Shown: in pieces, positions 9,667 through 19,171 of the stretch | Layout: the number at the start of each line of letters is the position of its first letter | Position numbering within the stretch: position 1 is the stretch's first letter | Assembly: GCA_003574885.1 (NCBI GenBank) | Contig: PJFC01000007.1 | Span: 71,272-135,271 of the forward strand | Direction of reading: 5' to 3' | DNA: 64,000 nt | From: Geobacter sp. | GTDB lineage: Bacteria; Desulfobacterota; Desulfuromonadia; Geobacterales; Geobacteraceae | Program-made: the position numbers and the translations under genes | Notes under the pieces: model-generated | Seen by the model: only the letters and a program-made list of their open reading frames with translations | What the model was told of the DNA's origin: nothing | Databases searched by the model: none

Positions 9667-12171
9667 TTAAAGTTCCTTTTTCCACGTCTCGACCTTTTTC
9701 CGATATTCATCCAGAAGCTTCTGGGCCATCTTCTGCTCCTTGGCCTCGGCAACCACGTGCACCACCGGCAGATGCTGGTCCGGCAGAATCAGCGCCCAGT
9801 CCTGCCCGAAATGCACCTTGATGCCATCGATGAAGGAGGCCTCCTTGTCCAGGCTGTCCTCACTCATCTTGCGCATGATCCCCCCCTTCATCTCGAAGGC
9901 GCAGGGGACGGTGGTCTGGAGGAAGACCCGCCGGGGAGCATCGATCAGAACCTGGGACAGGGGCTTACCGAACGCCGCCAGGAGCTCGATCGCCTTACCG
10001 ATGGCGAACATGCCGTCGAAGGCGGCCTGGAATTTGGGGAAAGCGAAGCGGCCATCCATCGACCCGGCCATAACCGCTTCTGGTGAAAGGGTCGCCTCTA
10101 TCATGGCCCGCTCGCTGCTCTTGGTTCTGACCACGGCACAGCCGCGCTCCTGGGCCATGATCTCAACGGTCGAGGGAGCATGGACCGGCACCGCAAAAGT
10201 CCCTTTCTGCCCCGCCTTGAGCATCAGCGCAACGAACAGTTCCAGCAGGCCGGACCCTTCGTAGATTGTCCCCTGTTCGTCTACCATGGTGATCATCTCC
10301 GCGCAGGGGCTCAGCCAGATGCCTGCGTTGGCCTCCAGGGTGGCAACGATCTTCGCCAGCTGCTGCAGCCCTAAGGGACGTTCTTCGGTAGTCCTGGAAC
10401 CACGTTCCTCGTCAACATAGGCATTGAGACTGATGACCTCGATCCCCAGATCGTTGAGGATGGGAGGGAATACCTGGCCGGCCGGCGAATGGTTGAAGTC
10501 GATGACCACCTTGAACTTCCCCTTGCGGATGGCTGCCTGATCGAGTCCCCGGGCTATCCCTTCCCGGTAGAAATCGACGACCTGGGGGAGTTCGGTGATG
10601 CGCCCCGGCTCCGTATGGTGGGCGCGGCGGAAGTTTTCCTTGAAAAAGACCCGCTCGGTGTTCTTCCCCATGGAGCTCGAAAAATCAAGCCCATCGCTGT
10701 CGAGGAAGATGATCTCGGTTGAAGCCGGGTCGTCTGCGGCCTGCCGGAAGTAGACCCCCCCCAGTTCGCCGAAGGTCTTCAGCTTGTAACGGACGATGGG
10801 CAACGGCGTCATCAGCAGGTCCCGCACGTTGACGCCGGCGGAGAGGATGCCACCGATGAAGCTCCTCTTGAGCATGCGCGAGGCGAGATATGCATCACGG
10901 CCCGCCAGCACGAACCCCCCTTTGGGAAACGACGTCCCGTAGGCACACCCCAGCTTGGCCACGAACTCGGGGGTGAGCTCCACGTTGGTGAGCCCTTTGA
11001 TCATCGCCCCTTCGAAAAGGGACTTCTTCCACTTCTCACCCCAGATGAGGTTGGCGGTCACAATGGCTCCCGCCTCGATCACCTTGCGCGGCCAGACCTT
11101 GACGTCCTGCTTGATGTAGGCCTCCTCGCCGATTGAGGTCTCTTCGGCGATGATGACCCCCTCGTCAATGACGACCCCCTGGCCAATCCGGACATTATTG
11201 CAGATGACGCAGTCATTCAGCCGGCTCCCCTTCTTGATAAACACGTTGTCCCAGATCACGCAGCGGTTCAGCTTGGCCCCCGGCTCAATGGTGCAGTTGC
11301 GGCCGATCACCGAATCCTTGATATGTGCCTCGCCGAGAATCTGGGAGTTGTCGCCGATGACCACGGTCCCCTGCAGATGGGACGGATCGGCCAGACGGAC
11401 ATCCGCCCCCAGGCGCAGGTCGCGGCCAACGAAATCCTCCTTCGGCTCATCGATCCTGACGTTGATCCGCCCCTTGAAGATGTCGTGGTGCGCCTCGCGA
11501 TAAGAGTCAGTGTTGCCGATATCCCGCCAGTACCCCTTGGCGGTGAAACCGAACAGGGGCTCATTGTTCTCCAGCAGCTTCGGGAAAAGGTCCTGGGAGA
11601 AGTCGAAGTTCTCCCCAGCGGGGATATACTTGAAAATCTCCGGCTCCAGCACATAGATGCCGGTATTGATGGTGTCGGAGATCACCTCTCCCCACCCCGG
11701 CTTTTCGAGAAACTGGGTAATCCGGTGCTCCTTGTTGGTGACAACGACGCCGAACTGCAGGGGATCCTTCACCGATGTGAGGGTGATGGTCGCCAGCGCC
11801 TTGTTGTGTTCATGAAAATCCATCACCTTCTGCAGGTTGAAGTCGGTCAGCAGGTCGCCGCTGATGATGAGGAAACGGTCGTCCAGGTACTTTTCGGCGC
11901 ATTTCACCGCCCCGGCCGTCCCCATGTCCTCCAGGGGGGTGACATAGGTTATCTTGACGCCGAAATCCGTACCGTCCCGGAAAAAGTTCTTGATGATGTG
12001 GGGCTGGTGGTAGAGGAGCATTACCAGGTCGGTGATCTCGTACTTCTTCAGCAGTTCCACGATATGGAGCATCATGGGGCGGTTGAGCAGGGGGACCATG
12101 GGCTTCGGCAGGCTGTTGGTCAGGGGCTGGATGCGGGTGCCGAAGCCCCCCGCCATGATGACGGCTTTCAT
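9667..12171 (-). CDS. bifunctional sugar-1-phosphate nucleotidylyltransferase (with left-handed beta-helix) / phosphohexomutase (PMM/PGM) fusion
   Basis: 834 aa. MKAVIMAGGFGTRIQPLT is the NTP-transferase G-loop. A hexapeptide-repeat middle section is followed by a C-terminal phosphogluco/mannomutase-like half. Confidence 0.85.
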   Translation of the reverse strand: MKAVIMAGGFGTRIQPLTNSLPKPMVPLLNRPMMLHIVELLKKYEITDLVMLLYHQPHIIKNFFRDGTDFGVKITYVTPLEDMGTAGAVKCAEKYLDDRFLIISGDLLTDFNLQKVMDFHEHNKALATITLTSVKDPLQFGVVVTNKEHRITQFLEKPGWGEVISDTINTGIYVLEPEIFKYIPAGENFDFSQDLFPKLLENNEPLFGFTAKGYWRDIGNTDSYREAHHDIFKGRINVRIDEPKEDFVGRDLRLGADVRLADPSHLQGTVVIGDNSQILGEAHIKDSVIGRNCTIEPGAKLNRCVIWDNVFIKKGSRLNDCVICNNVRIGQGVVIDEGVIIAEETSIGEEAYIKQDVKVWPRKVIEAGAIVTANLIWGEKWKKSLFEGAMIKGLTNVELTPEFVAKLGCAYGTSFPKGGFVLAGRDAYLASRMLKRSFIGGILSAGVNVRDLLMTPLPIVRYKLKTFGELGGVYFRQAADDPASTEIIFLDSDGLDFSSSMGKNTERVFFKENFRRAHHTEPGRITELPQVVDFYREGIARGLDQAAIRKGKFKVVIDFNHSPAGQVFPPILNDLGIEVISLNAYVDEERGSRTTEERPLGLQQLAKIVATLEANAGIWLSPCAEMITMVDEQGTIYEGSGLLELFVALMLKAGQKGTFAVPVHAPSTVEIMAQERGCAVVRTKSSERAMIEATLSPEAVMAGSMDGRFAFPKFQAAFDGMFAIGKAIELLAAFGKPLSQVLIDAPRRVFLQTTVPCAFEMKGGIMRKMSEDSLDKEASFIDGIKVHFGQDWALILPDQHLPVVHVVAEAKEQKMAQKLLDEYRKKVETWKKEL

Positions 12172-12199
12172 AGCATGTACTCCTTTGTAGTGTTAATAT

Positions 12200-12311
12200 C
12201 AGGTAAAGAATCAGGTAAAGGTATGCGTTCGCTTCGCTCACAGGTAGAGGCAGAGAAAATGCGGCGGATTGCCTTGTACTTTACCTCTACCTTTGCCTCT
12301 ACCTTTACCTG
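12200..12311. repeat. imperfect long palindrome built from AGGTAAAG/AGGTAGAGG units and their complements (6-nt periodic CTNTRC tract)
   Basis: caggtaaag, caggtaaaggta and caggtagaggcagag on the left face ctttacctctacctttgcctctacctttacctg on the right. The repeat overlaps the stop codon of the response-regulator gene. Confidence 0.55.
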
Positions 12312-12667
12312 CTTTTCTTGGCCAGCACCTTCCTGATTTCATCCTTCAGTTCCTGCAAGTCGCTCGATTTGACCACATAACCGTCGGCGAGCCAGGCGGA
12401 GAAATCGTCCTTGTAACACGAGAAGGCGGTACAGAGGATGACCGGCATGTCATGCCGTTCCTTGACGATCTTTTGCAGCAGATCGAGACCGCTCTCATTC
12501 TTCAGCTTGATGTCGAGGACCACCAGGTCGAACTCTCCAGCTTCAAGCTGTGTCACCGCTTCCGCGGCGCTGCCGGCAGTCACCACGTCGTACCCTGCAT
12601 CGGCAAGTTCCTGGGAATAGAGCAGTCGGATGCTGCTTTCGTCGTCCACTACGAGTAAACGTGCCAT
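12305..12667 (-). CDS. single-domain response regulator (CheY-like receiver)
   Basis: 120 aa with LLVVDDE, DLVVLDIKL and a KS/KP-type lysine region; a canonical receiver. Confidence 0.9.
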   Translation of the reverse strand: MARLLVVDDESSIRLLYSQELADAGYDVVTAGSAAEAVTQLEAGEFDLVVLDIKLKNESGLDLLQKIVKERHDMPVILCTAFSCYKDDFSAWLADGYVVKSSDLQELKDEIRKVLAKKSR

Positions 12668-12668
12668 G

Positions 12669-14288
12669 TCACATACCCTCCTTGATCGGCAGCCTGATGA
12701 TATACTGCGTCCCCCCTTCGGGAGAAGTTTCGATGATAAACGGTGAACCGTGCTTTTCCAGGATTATTTTGCAGAGGGGGAGTCCGATACCGGTCCCTAA
12801 CTCCTGGGTCACTATGAATGGCGTGGTAAGAGTCTCGACCATCTCCGGCGGGAGCGGTGTGCCGTTGTCGGAAATAGTCACCACCACTACTCCGTCGTCG
12901 CGCCAGGTCCGGATGACGATCTTTCCCTCGCCGGTGATGGTTCCCAGGGCGCTCGTGAGGATGGTCTTGATACAGTAGGAGATCTGCCGGTAGTCGATGG
13001 ACACCTTGGGGAGTTCCGACTCCGGCTCCAGGACACAGGATACGTTGTGCTGGGCGAAGAGACCGGACAGTTCATCCCGAACCCTGCTTACAAGCTGGTT
13101 GATGTCCCAGGCATCCAGGGCGGGATGGAGCGATTCAGAATAGGTGAGGACTTCTTCGAGCACGTCCTCCAGCTGTTTTGCCTGGAGGACAATGGTTTCC
13201 AGGTAGTTCCGCTTGATGTCGTCCTGCTCAATGCTTTTAAGAAGCGAGCGAGCGAAACCGCCGATGATCATGAGCGGATTGCGGATGGAGTGGGCGATGC
13301 TGGAAGTAATCCGCCCGACCAGAGCCATCTTTTCCATCTTGACGATCAGCTCCTGCTGCTCCTTGAGCTTGCTATTGGCGACGGTGAGCTTGTCGATCTC
13401 AACCTGCAGGCGTTCATACAGGGAGGCACGCTCCAGGGCAAAGGCAACGGGGAAGGTGAAAGTCTCCATGGACTGCAGGTCCTGATTCGTGATCGGCTTG
13501 CGGGTGATGCAGTTATCGGCGATGATGAGCCCTATGCGACGGTGCCGGGAGATGAGCGGCATGACGAGAAAACTGTCCACACCCAGAAGTTCCACCAGGG
13601 CCGGGTCGATGTCCGGATTGGAAAAGGCATTCTCCACGAGAATCGGTTTCCGTTGTCGCAACGCCCGATTGAAGACGTGCTGCTGCTCGCTGAGCGGCAC
13701 CGTCAGCCGTTCGAGGATATCATTGAACTTCACCTTCTCCGACGACAGCTTGTCTTTCTGGAACAGGCGGGCCATATCCCGCAGGGTCAGGTTGGACTGG
13801 TTGACATCCTCCCAGATGTGCCACGCCTCCTCCATGGTACGCGGACCGACCCCCAGATAGCCGCGCAACGCCTGCTGCTCCTTGTCAGCCATCAGGAGAA
13901 AGGCCCGGTTCATGCCGAATCCCTTGCCGGCGGTTATAGCAGTCATCGCCACCGACAGCACTTCGTCCAGATCGACGGAGGTCTGCAACACCAGGCTCAG
14001 TTCGTGGAGGAACTTGATCTCCCGCGTTTTGCTGTTGAGGAACCCTCCCAGAGACTGGAGCTGAGATTTAAGATCAAGGAGTTCATTGATGACGATGGGG
14101 AAAATCTCGGACAGGGGGTGACCTGACTCCTGGAAGCGGAGCAGGTCGTCAGTAAACAGCGGGCATTCAACACACTTCTCCACAATCCGTCGCCGGTGGG
14201 CGCTGAGCAGCTCTTCTTCACCCTCGCCGATGTTGGGGCAATCCCCCGGGGCGAGCTCCTTTTTCGTCCAGCAGCACGCAAACTCCAC
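12669..14288 (-). CDS. sensor histidine kinase with Cys-rich N-terminus, GAF domain, HisKA and HATPase_c
   Basis: 539 aa. H-box SIAHSIRNPL, and G-boxes near the C-terminus (DNGTPLP, GTGIGL). GTG start with a GGAGG RBS. Stop is 1 nt from the start of the receiver gene. Confidence 0.85.
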   Translation of the reverse strand: MEFACCWTKKELAPGDCPNIGEGEEELLSAHRRRIVEKCVECPLFTDDLLRFQESGHPLSEIFPIVINELLDLKSQLQSLGGFLNSKTREIKFLHELSLVLQTSVDLDEVLSVAMTAITAGKGFGMNRAFLLMADKEQQALRGYLGVGPRTMEEAWHIWEDVNQSNLTLRDMARLFQKDKLSSEKVKFNDILERLTVPLSEQQHVFNRALRQRKPILVENAFSNPDIDPALVELLGVDSFLVMPLISRHRRIGLIIADNCITRKPITNQDLQSMETFTFPVAFALERASLYERLQVEIDKLTVANSKLKEQQELIVKMEKMALVGRITSSIAHSIRNPLMIIGGFARSLLKSIEQDDIKRNYLETIVLQAKQLEDVLEEVLTYSESLHPALDAWDINQLVSRVRDELSGLFAQHNVSCVLEPESELPKVSIDYRQISYCIKTILTSALGTITGEGKIVIRTWRDDGVVVVTISDNGTPLPPEMVETLTTPFIVTQELGTGIGLPLCKIILEKHGSPFIIETSPEGGTQYIIRLPIKEGM

Positions 14289-14665
14289 GCAGGCCTCCAG
14301 AAGACACGGTATCGGACTTCCCCCGGCAACGCCATCAACCTGGCGCAGGAGGACATTTTTTTAATTAACCACTGCCGGCAGTACCGGCAGATGAAAGCGC
14401 ACTGGCTTTGCAATACCGGCGGTTGGGAAAATCAAGGCCAAGTATATCAGGCGCAGACACATTTTCAAGGCAATTCTCCGGCGTCACCGCAATCTGAGTC
14501 GCATTCGGCAGCCCGTCTTCTGACGTGCGGCAGCCTGGCAAATACTTCGACAGGAAAACAAAACACGAATTCTGTTAATTAAAGAATTGACGAGACAACG
14601 CCCCGTGAGATACCAGGCAGCGGAGACGATGCAGGGGGAGAGGCGGGGAAGGGAGGAGAGGGGAA

Positions 14666-14857
14666 CTATTCTTCTTTTTTCGGATCGCTGTCCTTTTTCG
14701 GCTTGATCACGATCTCGTCCTTGCCGTCCGAGGCACGCTTGAAATTCCTGATGCTCTTCCCGAGAGCACCACCGATCTCCGGAAGACGTCCCGCACCAAA
14801 AACGACCAGGACGATAACAAGAATAATAATCAGTTCCGGCATGCCGAATCCAAACAT
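14666..14857 (-). CDS. tatA: twin-arginine translocase subunit TatA/E
   Basis: The last 63 codons of the spurious 698-aa track ORF read [42 protein letters not shown]..., the TatA signature. GGAGG RBS is present. Confidence 0.85.
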   Translation of the reverse strand: MFGFGMPELIIILVIVLVVFGAGRLPEIGGALGKSIRNFKRASDGKDEIVIKPKKDSDPKKEE

Positions 14858-15019
14858 ACAACCTCCACAACGTTCAGAATTTGCAAAAGTATTGCACCGG
14901 CAGAGGCAAAAATCAAGCTTTCTCGCACTGCTGCACCGCAAAACGACCCCGTCCGCTTGCTCCGGAGCGGGGCATTTTTCTCCATGCAAAGGGCTGCATG
15001 GCGTGGTACTATCCATCCC

Positions 15020-17014
15020 ATGGACACCTTCACACTGGTCAGTGACCATACCCCCTGCGGCGATCAACCCCGGGCCATCGACGAGCTCGTTGCCGGCATC
15101 CTCCGCGAGGATCGGCACCAGGTGCTGCTCGGCGTTACCGGATCGGGGAAGACCTTCACCGTCGCCAACGTCATCGCCCGCACCAATCTGCCCGCACTTG
15201 TCCTCGCCCCCAACAAGACCCTGGCCGCCCAGCTCTACGGCGAATTCAAGGAGCTCTTCCCCGACAACGCCGTGGAATACTTCGTCTCCTATTACGACTA
15301 CTACCAGCCCGAGGCATACCTTCCCACCACCGATACCTTCATCGAGAAGGACTCCGCCATCAACGACGAGATCGACAAGCTCCGCCACTCCGCCACACGG
15401 AGCCTTCTGACCCGCCGGGACGTGATCATCGTCGCCTCGGTCTCGTGCATCTATGGCATCGGCTCCCCTGCGGCATACCAGGAAATGCACATCTTCTTCC
15501 ACCAGGGGGAGGAGGTGGGGCGGGACGACCTGCTCCGAAAGCTCGTGGAGATACAGTACGAGCGAAACGACATCGACTTCCACCGTGGCACCTTCCGGGT
15601 CAGGGGAGACAGTGTGGAGATATTCCCGTCCCACGACGACGAGCGGGCGCTTCGGATAGAGTTCTTCGGCGACACAGTGGAAGCGATCAGCGAGATCGAC
15701 CCGTTGCGGGGACAGGTGCTCCAACGCCTCCCCAAATGCGCCATCTACCCGGCCTCCCACTACGTGGCAACAAAGGAGACCCTCGAACGGGCCATTGAGC
15801 AGATCCGCATCGAACTGGAGGAGCGGATTCGCTGGCTCAAGTCGCAGAACATGCTGATTGAGGCACAGCGCATCGAGCAACGAACTTATTTCGATATCGA
15901 GATGATGGAAGAGATGGGATTCTGCCAGGGGATCGAAAACTATTCCCGTCACTTCGACGGCCGTAATGAGGGTGAGCCCCCCTACACCCTCATCGACTAT
16001 TTCCCCAAGGACTTCCTGCTCTTCATCGACGAGTCCCATATCACCGTCCCCCAGGTGGGGGGGATGTACCGGGGGGACCGCTCCCGCAAGGAAACCCTCG
16101 TCAACTACGGCTTCCGGCTCCCATCGGCCCTGGACAACCGGCCTCTCAATTTCCAGGAATTCACCGCCAAACTCAACCAGACGGTCTACGTCTCCGCCAC
16201 CCCCGCCGACTTCGAACTTAAACAGGCTGAGGGGGCCATCGTGGAGCAGGTGATCCGCCCCACCGGGCTGGTGGACCCTGAGATAGAGATTCGCCCCGCC
16301 TCCGGACAGGTGGACGATCTCCTCCACGTGGTACGGGAAACGGTGGCCAGGGGAGAGCGGGTACTGGTCACCACCCTCACGAAACGGATGGCGGAAGAGC
16401 TCACCGACTATTACCGGGAACTGGGCATCAAAGTGAAGTACCTCCATTCCGACATTGATACTATCCAGCGGATGCAGATAATCCGCGACCTGCGGCTCGG
16501 GGAATTCGACGTGCTCGTCGGCATTAACCTCCTCCGGGAGGGACTCGACATCCCCGAAGTGTCGCTCGTGGCGATCCTCGACGCCGACAAGGAAGGTTTT
16601 CTCCGTTCTGCCCGCTCCCTCATTCAGACCTGCGGCCGTGCCGCCCGCAACATCGCCGGACGTGTGATCATGTATGCCGACACCACCACCGACTCCATGA
16701 AGAAATGCATCGGCGAGACCAGCCGGCGCCGTGAGATGCAACTGGCATACAACCTGGAGCACGGCATCACCCCCCAGAGCATAAGGAAAGGGTTCAGCTC
16801 CATCCTGGAATCACTGGAAGAACAGGACTACTACACCATTCCCATCGCCGCCGAACCCCAGTCGGAGTACGTGCCACTGCAGGATATCCCGAAACTGGTG
16901 AAGAAACTGCGAAAGGAAATGCTGGCTGCCGCAAAGGAGCTGAACTTCGAAACGGCGGCGGAACTGAGGGACCGGATCAAGAAACTGGAGAACCAGGAAC
17001 TGGCACTGCGCTAG
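15020..17014 (+). CDS. uvrB: excinuclease ABC subunit B
   Basis: [10 protein letters not shown] Walker [11 protein letters not shown], and a C-terminal UVR domain ([12 protein letters not shown]). Start taken at the internal ATG 15020 ([10 protein letters not shown]). Confidence 0.97.
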   Translation: MDTFTLVSDHTPCGDQPRAIDELVAGILREDRHQVLLGVTGSGKTFTVANVIARTNLPALVLAPNKTLAAQLYGEFKELFPDNAVEYFVSYYDYYQPEAYLPTTDTFIEKDSAINDEIDKLRHSATRSLLTRRDVIIVASVSCIYGIGSPAAYQEMHIFFHQGEEVGRDDLLRKLVEIQYERNDIDFHRGTFRVRGDSVEIFPSHDDERALRIEFFGDTVEAISEIDPLRGQVLQRLPKCAIYPASHYVATKETLERAIEQIRIELEERIRWLKSQNMLIEAQRIEQRTYFDIEMMEEMGFCQGIENYSRHFDGRNEGEPPYTLIDYFPKDFLLFIDESHITVPQVGGMYRGDRSRKETLVNYGFRLPSALDNRPLNFQEFTAKLNQTVYVSATPADFELKQAEGAIVEQVIRPTGLVDPEIEIRPASGQVDDLLHVVRETVARGERVLVTTLTKRMAEELTDYYRELGIKVKYLHSDIDTIQRMQIIRDLRLGEFDVLVGINLLREGLDIPEVSLVAILDADKEGFLRSARSLIQTCGRAARNIAGRVIMYADTTTDSMKKCIGETSRRREMQLAYNLEHGITPQSIRKGFSSILESLEEQDYYTIPIAAEPQSEYVPLQDIPKLVKKLRKEMLAAAKELNFETAAELRDRIKKLENQELALR

Positions 17015-17031
17015 AACCAGGACCGCGGAGA

Positions 17032-17186
17032 GGCAGGGGGTGGGGGGCTCTCCTGGAGAAAAGAGTCCTGCACGGAAATGCCCTTCGTCGGTTCCAGGGA
17101 AAGATTAGGCATAAAGGTTTGGTCCATTTGGACGATTGACAGTGACGCTTGACTCTTTGCGGAAGGAGAGTCCCCCACCCCCTGCC
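17032..17186. repeat. G-rich 22-nt inverted repeat pair flanking about 111 nt (long hairpin / MITE-like)
   Basis: ggcagggggtggggggctctcc (17032-17053) versus ggagagtcccccaccccctgcc (17165-17186). 21 of 22 positions are complementary. Confidence 0.6.
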
Positions 17187-17291
17187 GTCACCAATTGTGT
17201 GTAACCAGCATCCGCAACACTATTTTTTTGCATGGAAAACCGTTCCCGTTTCTGGTACTACAATACGACCTGATCCGGAGCGAGAGGTCCT

Positions 17292-17510
17292 ATGGAAAAG
17301 AAACGTCAGCAGGCAGCCGTAACCATCGGCAGCCACCCGGAGGTGGCGGAAAAGCTCGACCAGCTTCTTACCCGTCCCGCCGACCGGGCCTACCTGGTCT
17401 GCACGTTCCTGGAGTGTATTCAGAACGACCAGGGGGTCTGTACCATCTACACCATCACCAACCCGCCGGCAGAATCACGGACCGGCCCGTGCGAGAAATA
17501 CCGCCAGTAA
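17292..17510 (+). CDS. small Cys-containing protein (tentatively DUF1540-like)
   Basis: 72 aa containing VCTFLECIQNDQGVCTIYTI...GPCEKY. Placed 11 nt upstream of the next gene. The family call is from memory only. Confidence 0.45.
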   Translation: MEKKRQQAAVTIGSHPEVAEKLDQLLTRPADRAYLVCTFLECIQNDQGVCTIYTITNPPAESRTGPCEKYRQ

Positions 17511-17521
17511 AGGAGGCCGGT

Positions 17522-17821
17522 ATGGCTGTCGTTGAAGTGAGCATAACTCCCCTCGGGACTGCCGATACGGGGGTCTCCCGCTACGTGGCCGAATGCCTCA
17601 GGATCGCCCGTGCGTCGGGAATCAGCCACCAGCTCACCCCCATGGGGACCATACTCGAAGGGGACCTGGACAAGATTCTCCGTGTCATCAGACAGATGCA
17701 GGAATCGGTCTTTGCCGCCGGCGCGGTACGGGTCTCCACCCTCATCAAGATCGACGACCGGCGAGACACACCGAACCATACAATGGTGGGGAAGGTCCGG
17801 TCCGTGGAGGAGAAACTGTAG
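17522..17821 (+). CDS. MTH1187/YkoF-family (DUF77) thiamine/HMP-binding-like protein
   Basis: 99 aa, MAVVEVSITPLGT...SRYVAECLRI...TPMGTILEG...IKIDDR. Internal ATG 17522 of track ORF 17195..17821, with an AGGAGG RBS. Confidence 0.7.
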   Translation: MAVVEVSITPLGTADTGVSRYVAECLRIARASGISHQLTPMGTILEGDLDKILRVIRQMQESVFAAGAVRVSTLIKIDDRRDTPNHTMVGKVRSVEEKL

Positions 17822-17855
17822 GGGCGGCGCGGTCCCCCTGCGGAACATACCTATC

Positions 17856-19097
17856 ATGACCCGACAGCAGCCAACCACCTCCCCACGTTATGCCCTTGCC
17901 CTGCTCCTGGCAGTAAACCTCCTCAACTACATCGACCGGCAGGTGCTCTATGCCGTCTTCCCCCTGATCAAGGCCGACCTGAACCTCTCCGATACCGCCC
18001 TCGGTCTCCTGGGGAGTGCCTTCATGGTCTGCTACATGGTGGCGGCGCCATTCATGGGATGGCTGGGGGACCGGTGGAGCCGGGTCAGACTCGCTGCGGG
18101 GGGGCTCGCCATCTGGAGCATCGCCACCGTCGGAGCCGGGGTGGCCGTCGGCTACCGGACCTTGCTGGCCGCACGCACCGCAGTCGGTATCGGGGAAGCA
18201 AGCTTCGGGACCGTTTCCCCGGGACTGCTTGCCGACTACTTTCCCAAGGAGCGGCGCGGCAGGATACTCGCCTACTTCTACCTCGCGATCCCGGTCGGAA
18301 GCGCCCTCGGCTATCTCTTCGGCGGCCTCGTCGGCCAGCATCTGGGCTGGAAAACCGCATTCCTCCTCGTGGGGGTGCCTGGGCTCATACTCGCCCTGCC
18401 GGTCTGGTTTCTCAGCGATCCGGGTCGTGGCGCCACGACCATTTCACCCGACTCTGCCACCCCCGTTGAGCGAAACTACCTCGCTCTATTTACCAACCGC
18501 TCCTTCGTCACCAACACCCTGGCCATGGCCGCCATGACCTTCGCCCTCGGTGGTCTCGCCCAGTGGCTCCCCACCTTTCTCTGCCGCATGCACAACCTGG
18601 ATGTGGCAAAGGCAAACACACTCTTCGGTGGTATCACCGTTCTGGCCGGCATTACCGGCACCCTGACGGGGGGCTGGCTCGGTGACCGCTGCCAGTCGAA
18701 GACGCCCAAGGGTTATCTGCTCGTATCGGGATGGGGATTCCTGCTCGGCACCCCCGTAGCCGCCTACGCTATCCTTACCCCTTCACTTACAAGCTGCCTG
18801 GCCGCCACGTTCTGCGCCGAATTTTTCCTCTTTCTCAATACCGGCCCCCTCAACACGGTGATCGTCAACGTTACCCCCCACGCAATCCGCGCCATGGCTT
18901 TCGCTGTCAATATTTTCTTTATTCACGCCCTGGGAGACGCCGTGTCTCCCACCCTGCTGGGATGGCTGTCAGACCGTTGGGGTCTGCGTAATGCCCTGCT
19001 GGTAACGCCGGCTGCGATCGCACTGGCATCGGGCTTCTGCTTTCTCTGCACCAGGTTCATTACAACCGACATGGGCCGGGTAGAGCACGACAACTGA
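17856..19097 (+). CDS. MFS transporter (Spinster-like/sugar-phosphate permease type)
   Basis: 413 aa from the internal ATG 17856. LNYIDRQVL and GWLGDRWSR motifs, with about 12 hydrophobic segments. Confidence 0.85.
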   Translation: MTRQQPTTSPRYALALLLAVNLLNYIDRQVLYAVFPLIKADLNLSDTALGLLGSAFMVCYMVAAPFMGWLGDRWSRVRLAAGGLAIWSIATVGAGVAVGYRTLLAARTAVGIGEASFGTVSPGLLADYFPKERRGRILAYFYLAIPVGSALGYLFGGLVGQHLGWKTAFLLVGVPGLILALPVWFLSDPGRGATTISPDSATPVERNYLALFTNRSFVTNTLAMAAMTFALGGLAQWLPTFLCRMHNLDVAKANTLFGGITVLAGITGTLTGGWLGDRCQSKTPKGYLLVSGWGFLLGTPVAAYAILTPSLTSCLAATFCAEFFLFLNTGPLNTVIVNVTPHAIRAMAFAVNIFFIHALGDAVSPTLLGWLSDRWGLRNALLVTPAAIALASGFCFLCTRFITTDMGRVEHDN

Positions 19098-19171
19098 CTC
19101 GTCTCCCCCACGCCGCCCCGTTCCTTTTGACACAGACTTATGCTACACAATACCCATAAGAGGAGCAGACC

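Noticed and set aside
14858-15019. LexA/SOS box upstream of uvrB (also checked 19844-20125 upstream of uvrC)
   Set aside because: I looked for the Geobacter-type GGTTNNCNNNNGNNNACC and for CTGT-N8-ACAG. Neither is present.
14858-16762. 698-aa minus-strand track ORF (14666..16762) running opposite uvrB
   Set aside because: It is antisense to an unmistakable uvrB. The composition is repetitive and Gly/Val/Asp/Glu-rich, typical of GC-rich antisense frames. Only its last 63 codons (tatA, 14666-14857) are real.
17230-17291. Possible TPP (THI-box) riboswitch upstream of the YkoF-like gene, because of acgACCTGATCCGGAgcg
   Set aside because: Only the CCTGATC word resembles the THI-box. I found no CTGAGA element and no P4/P5 hairpin with the pyrophosphate-sensor helix.
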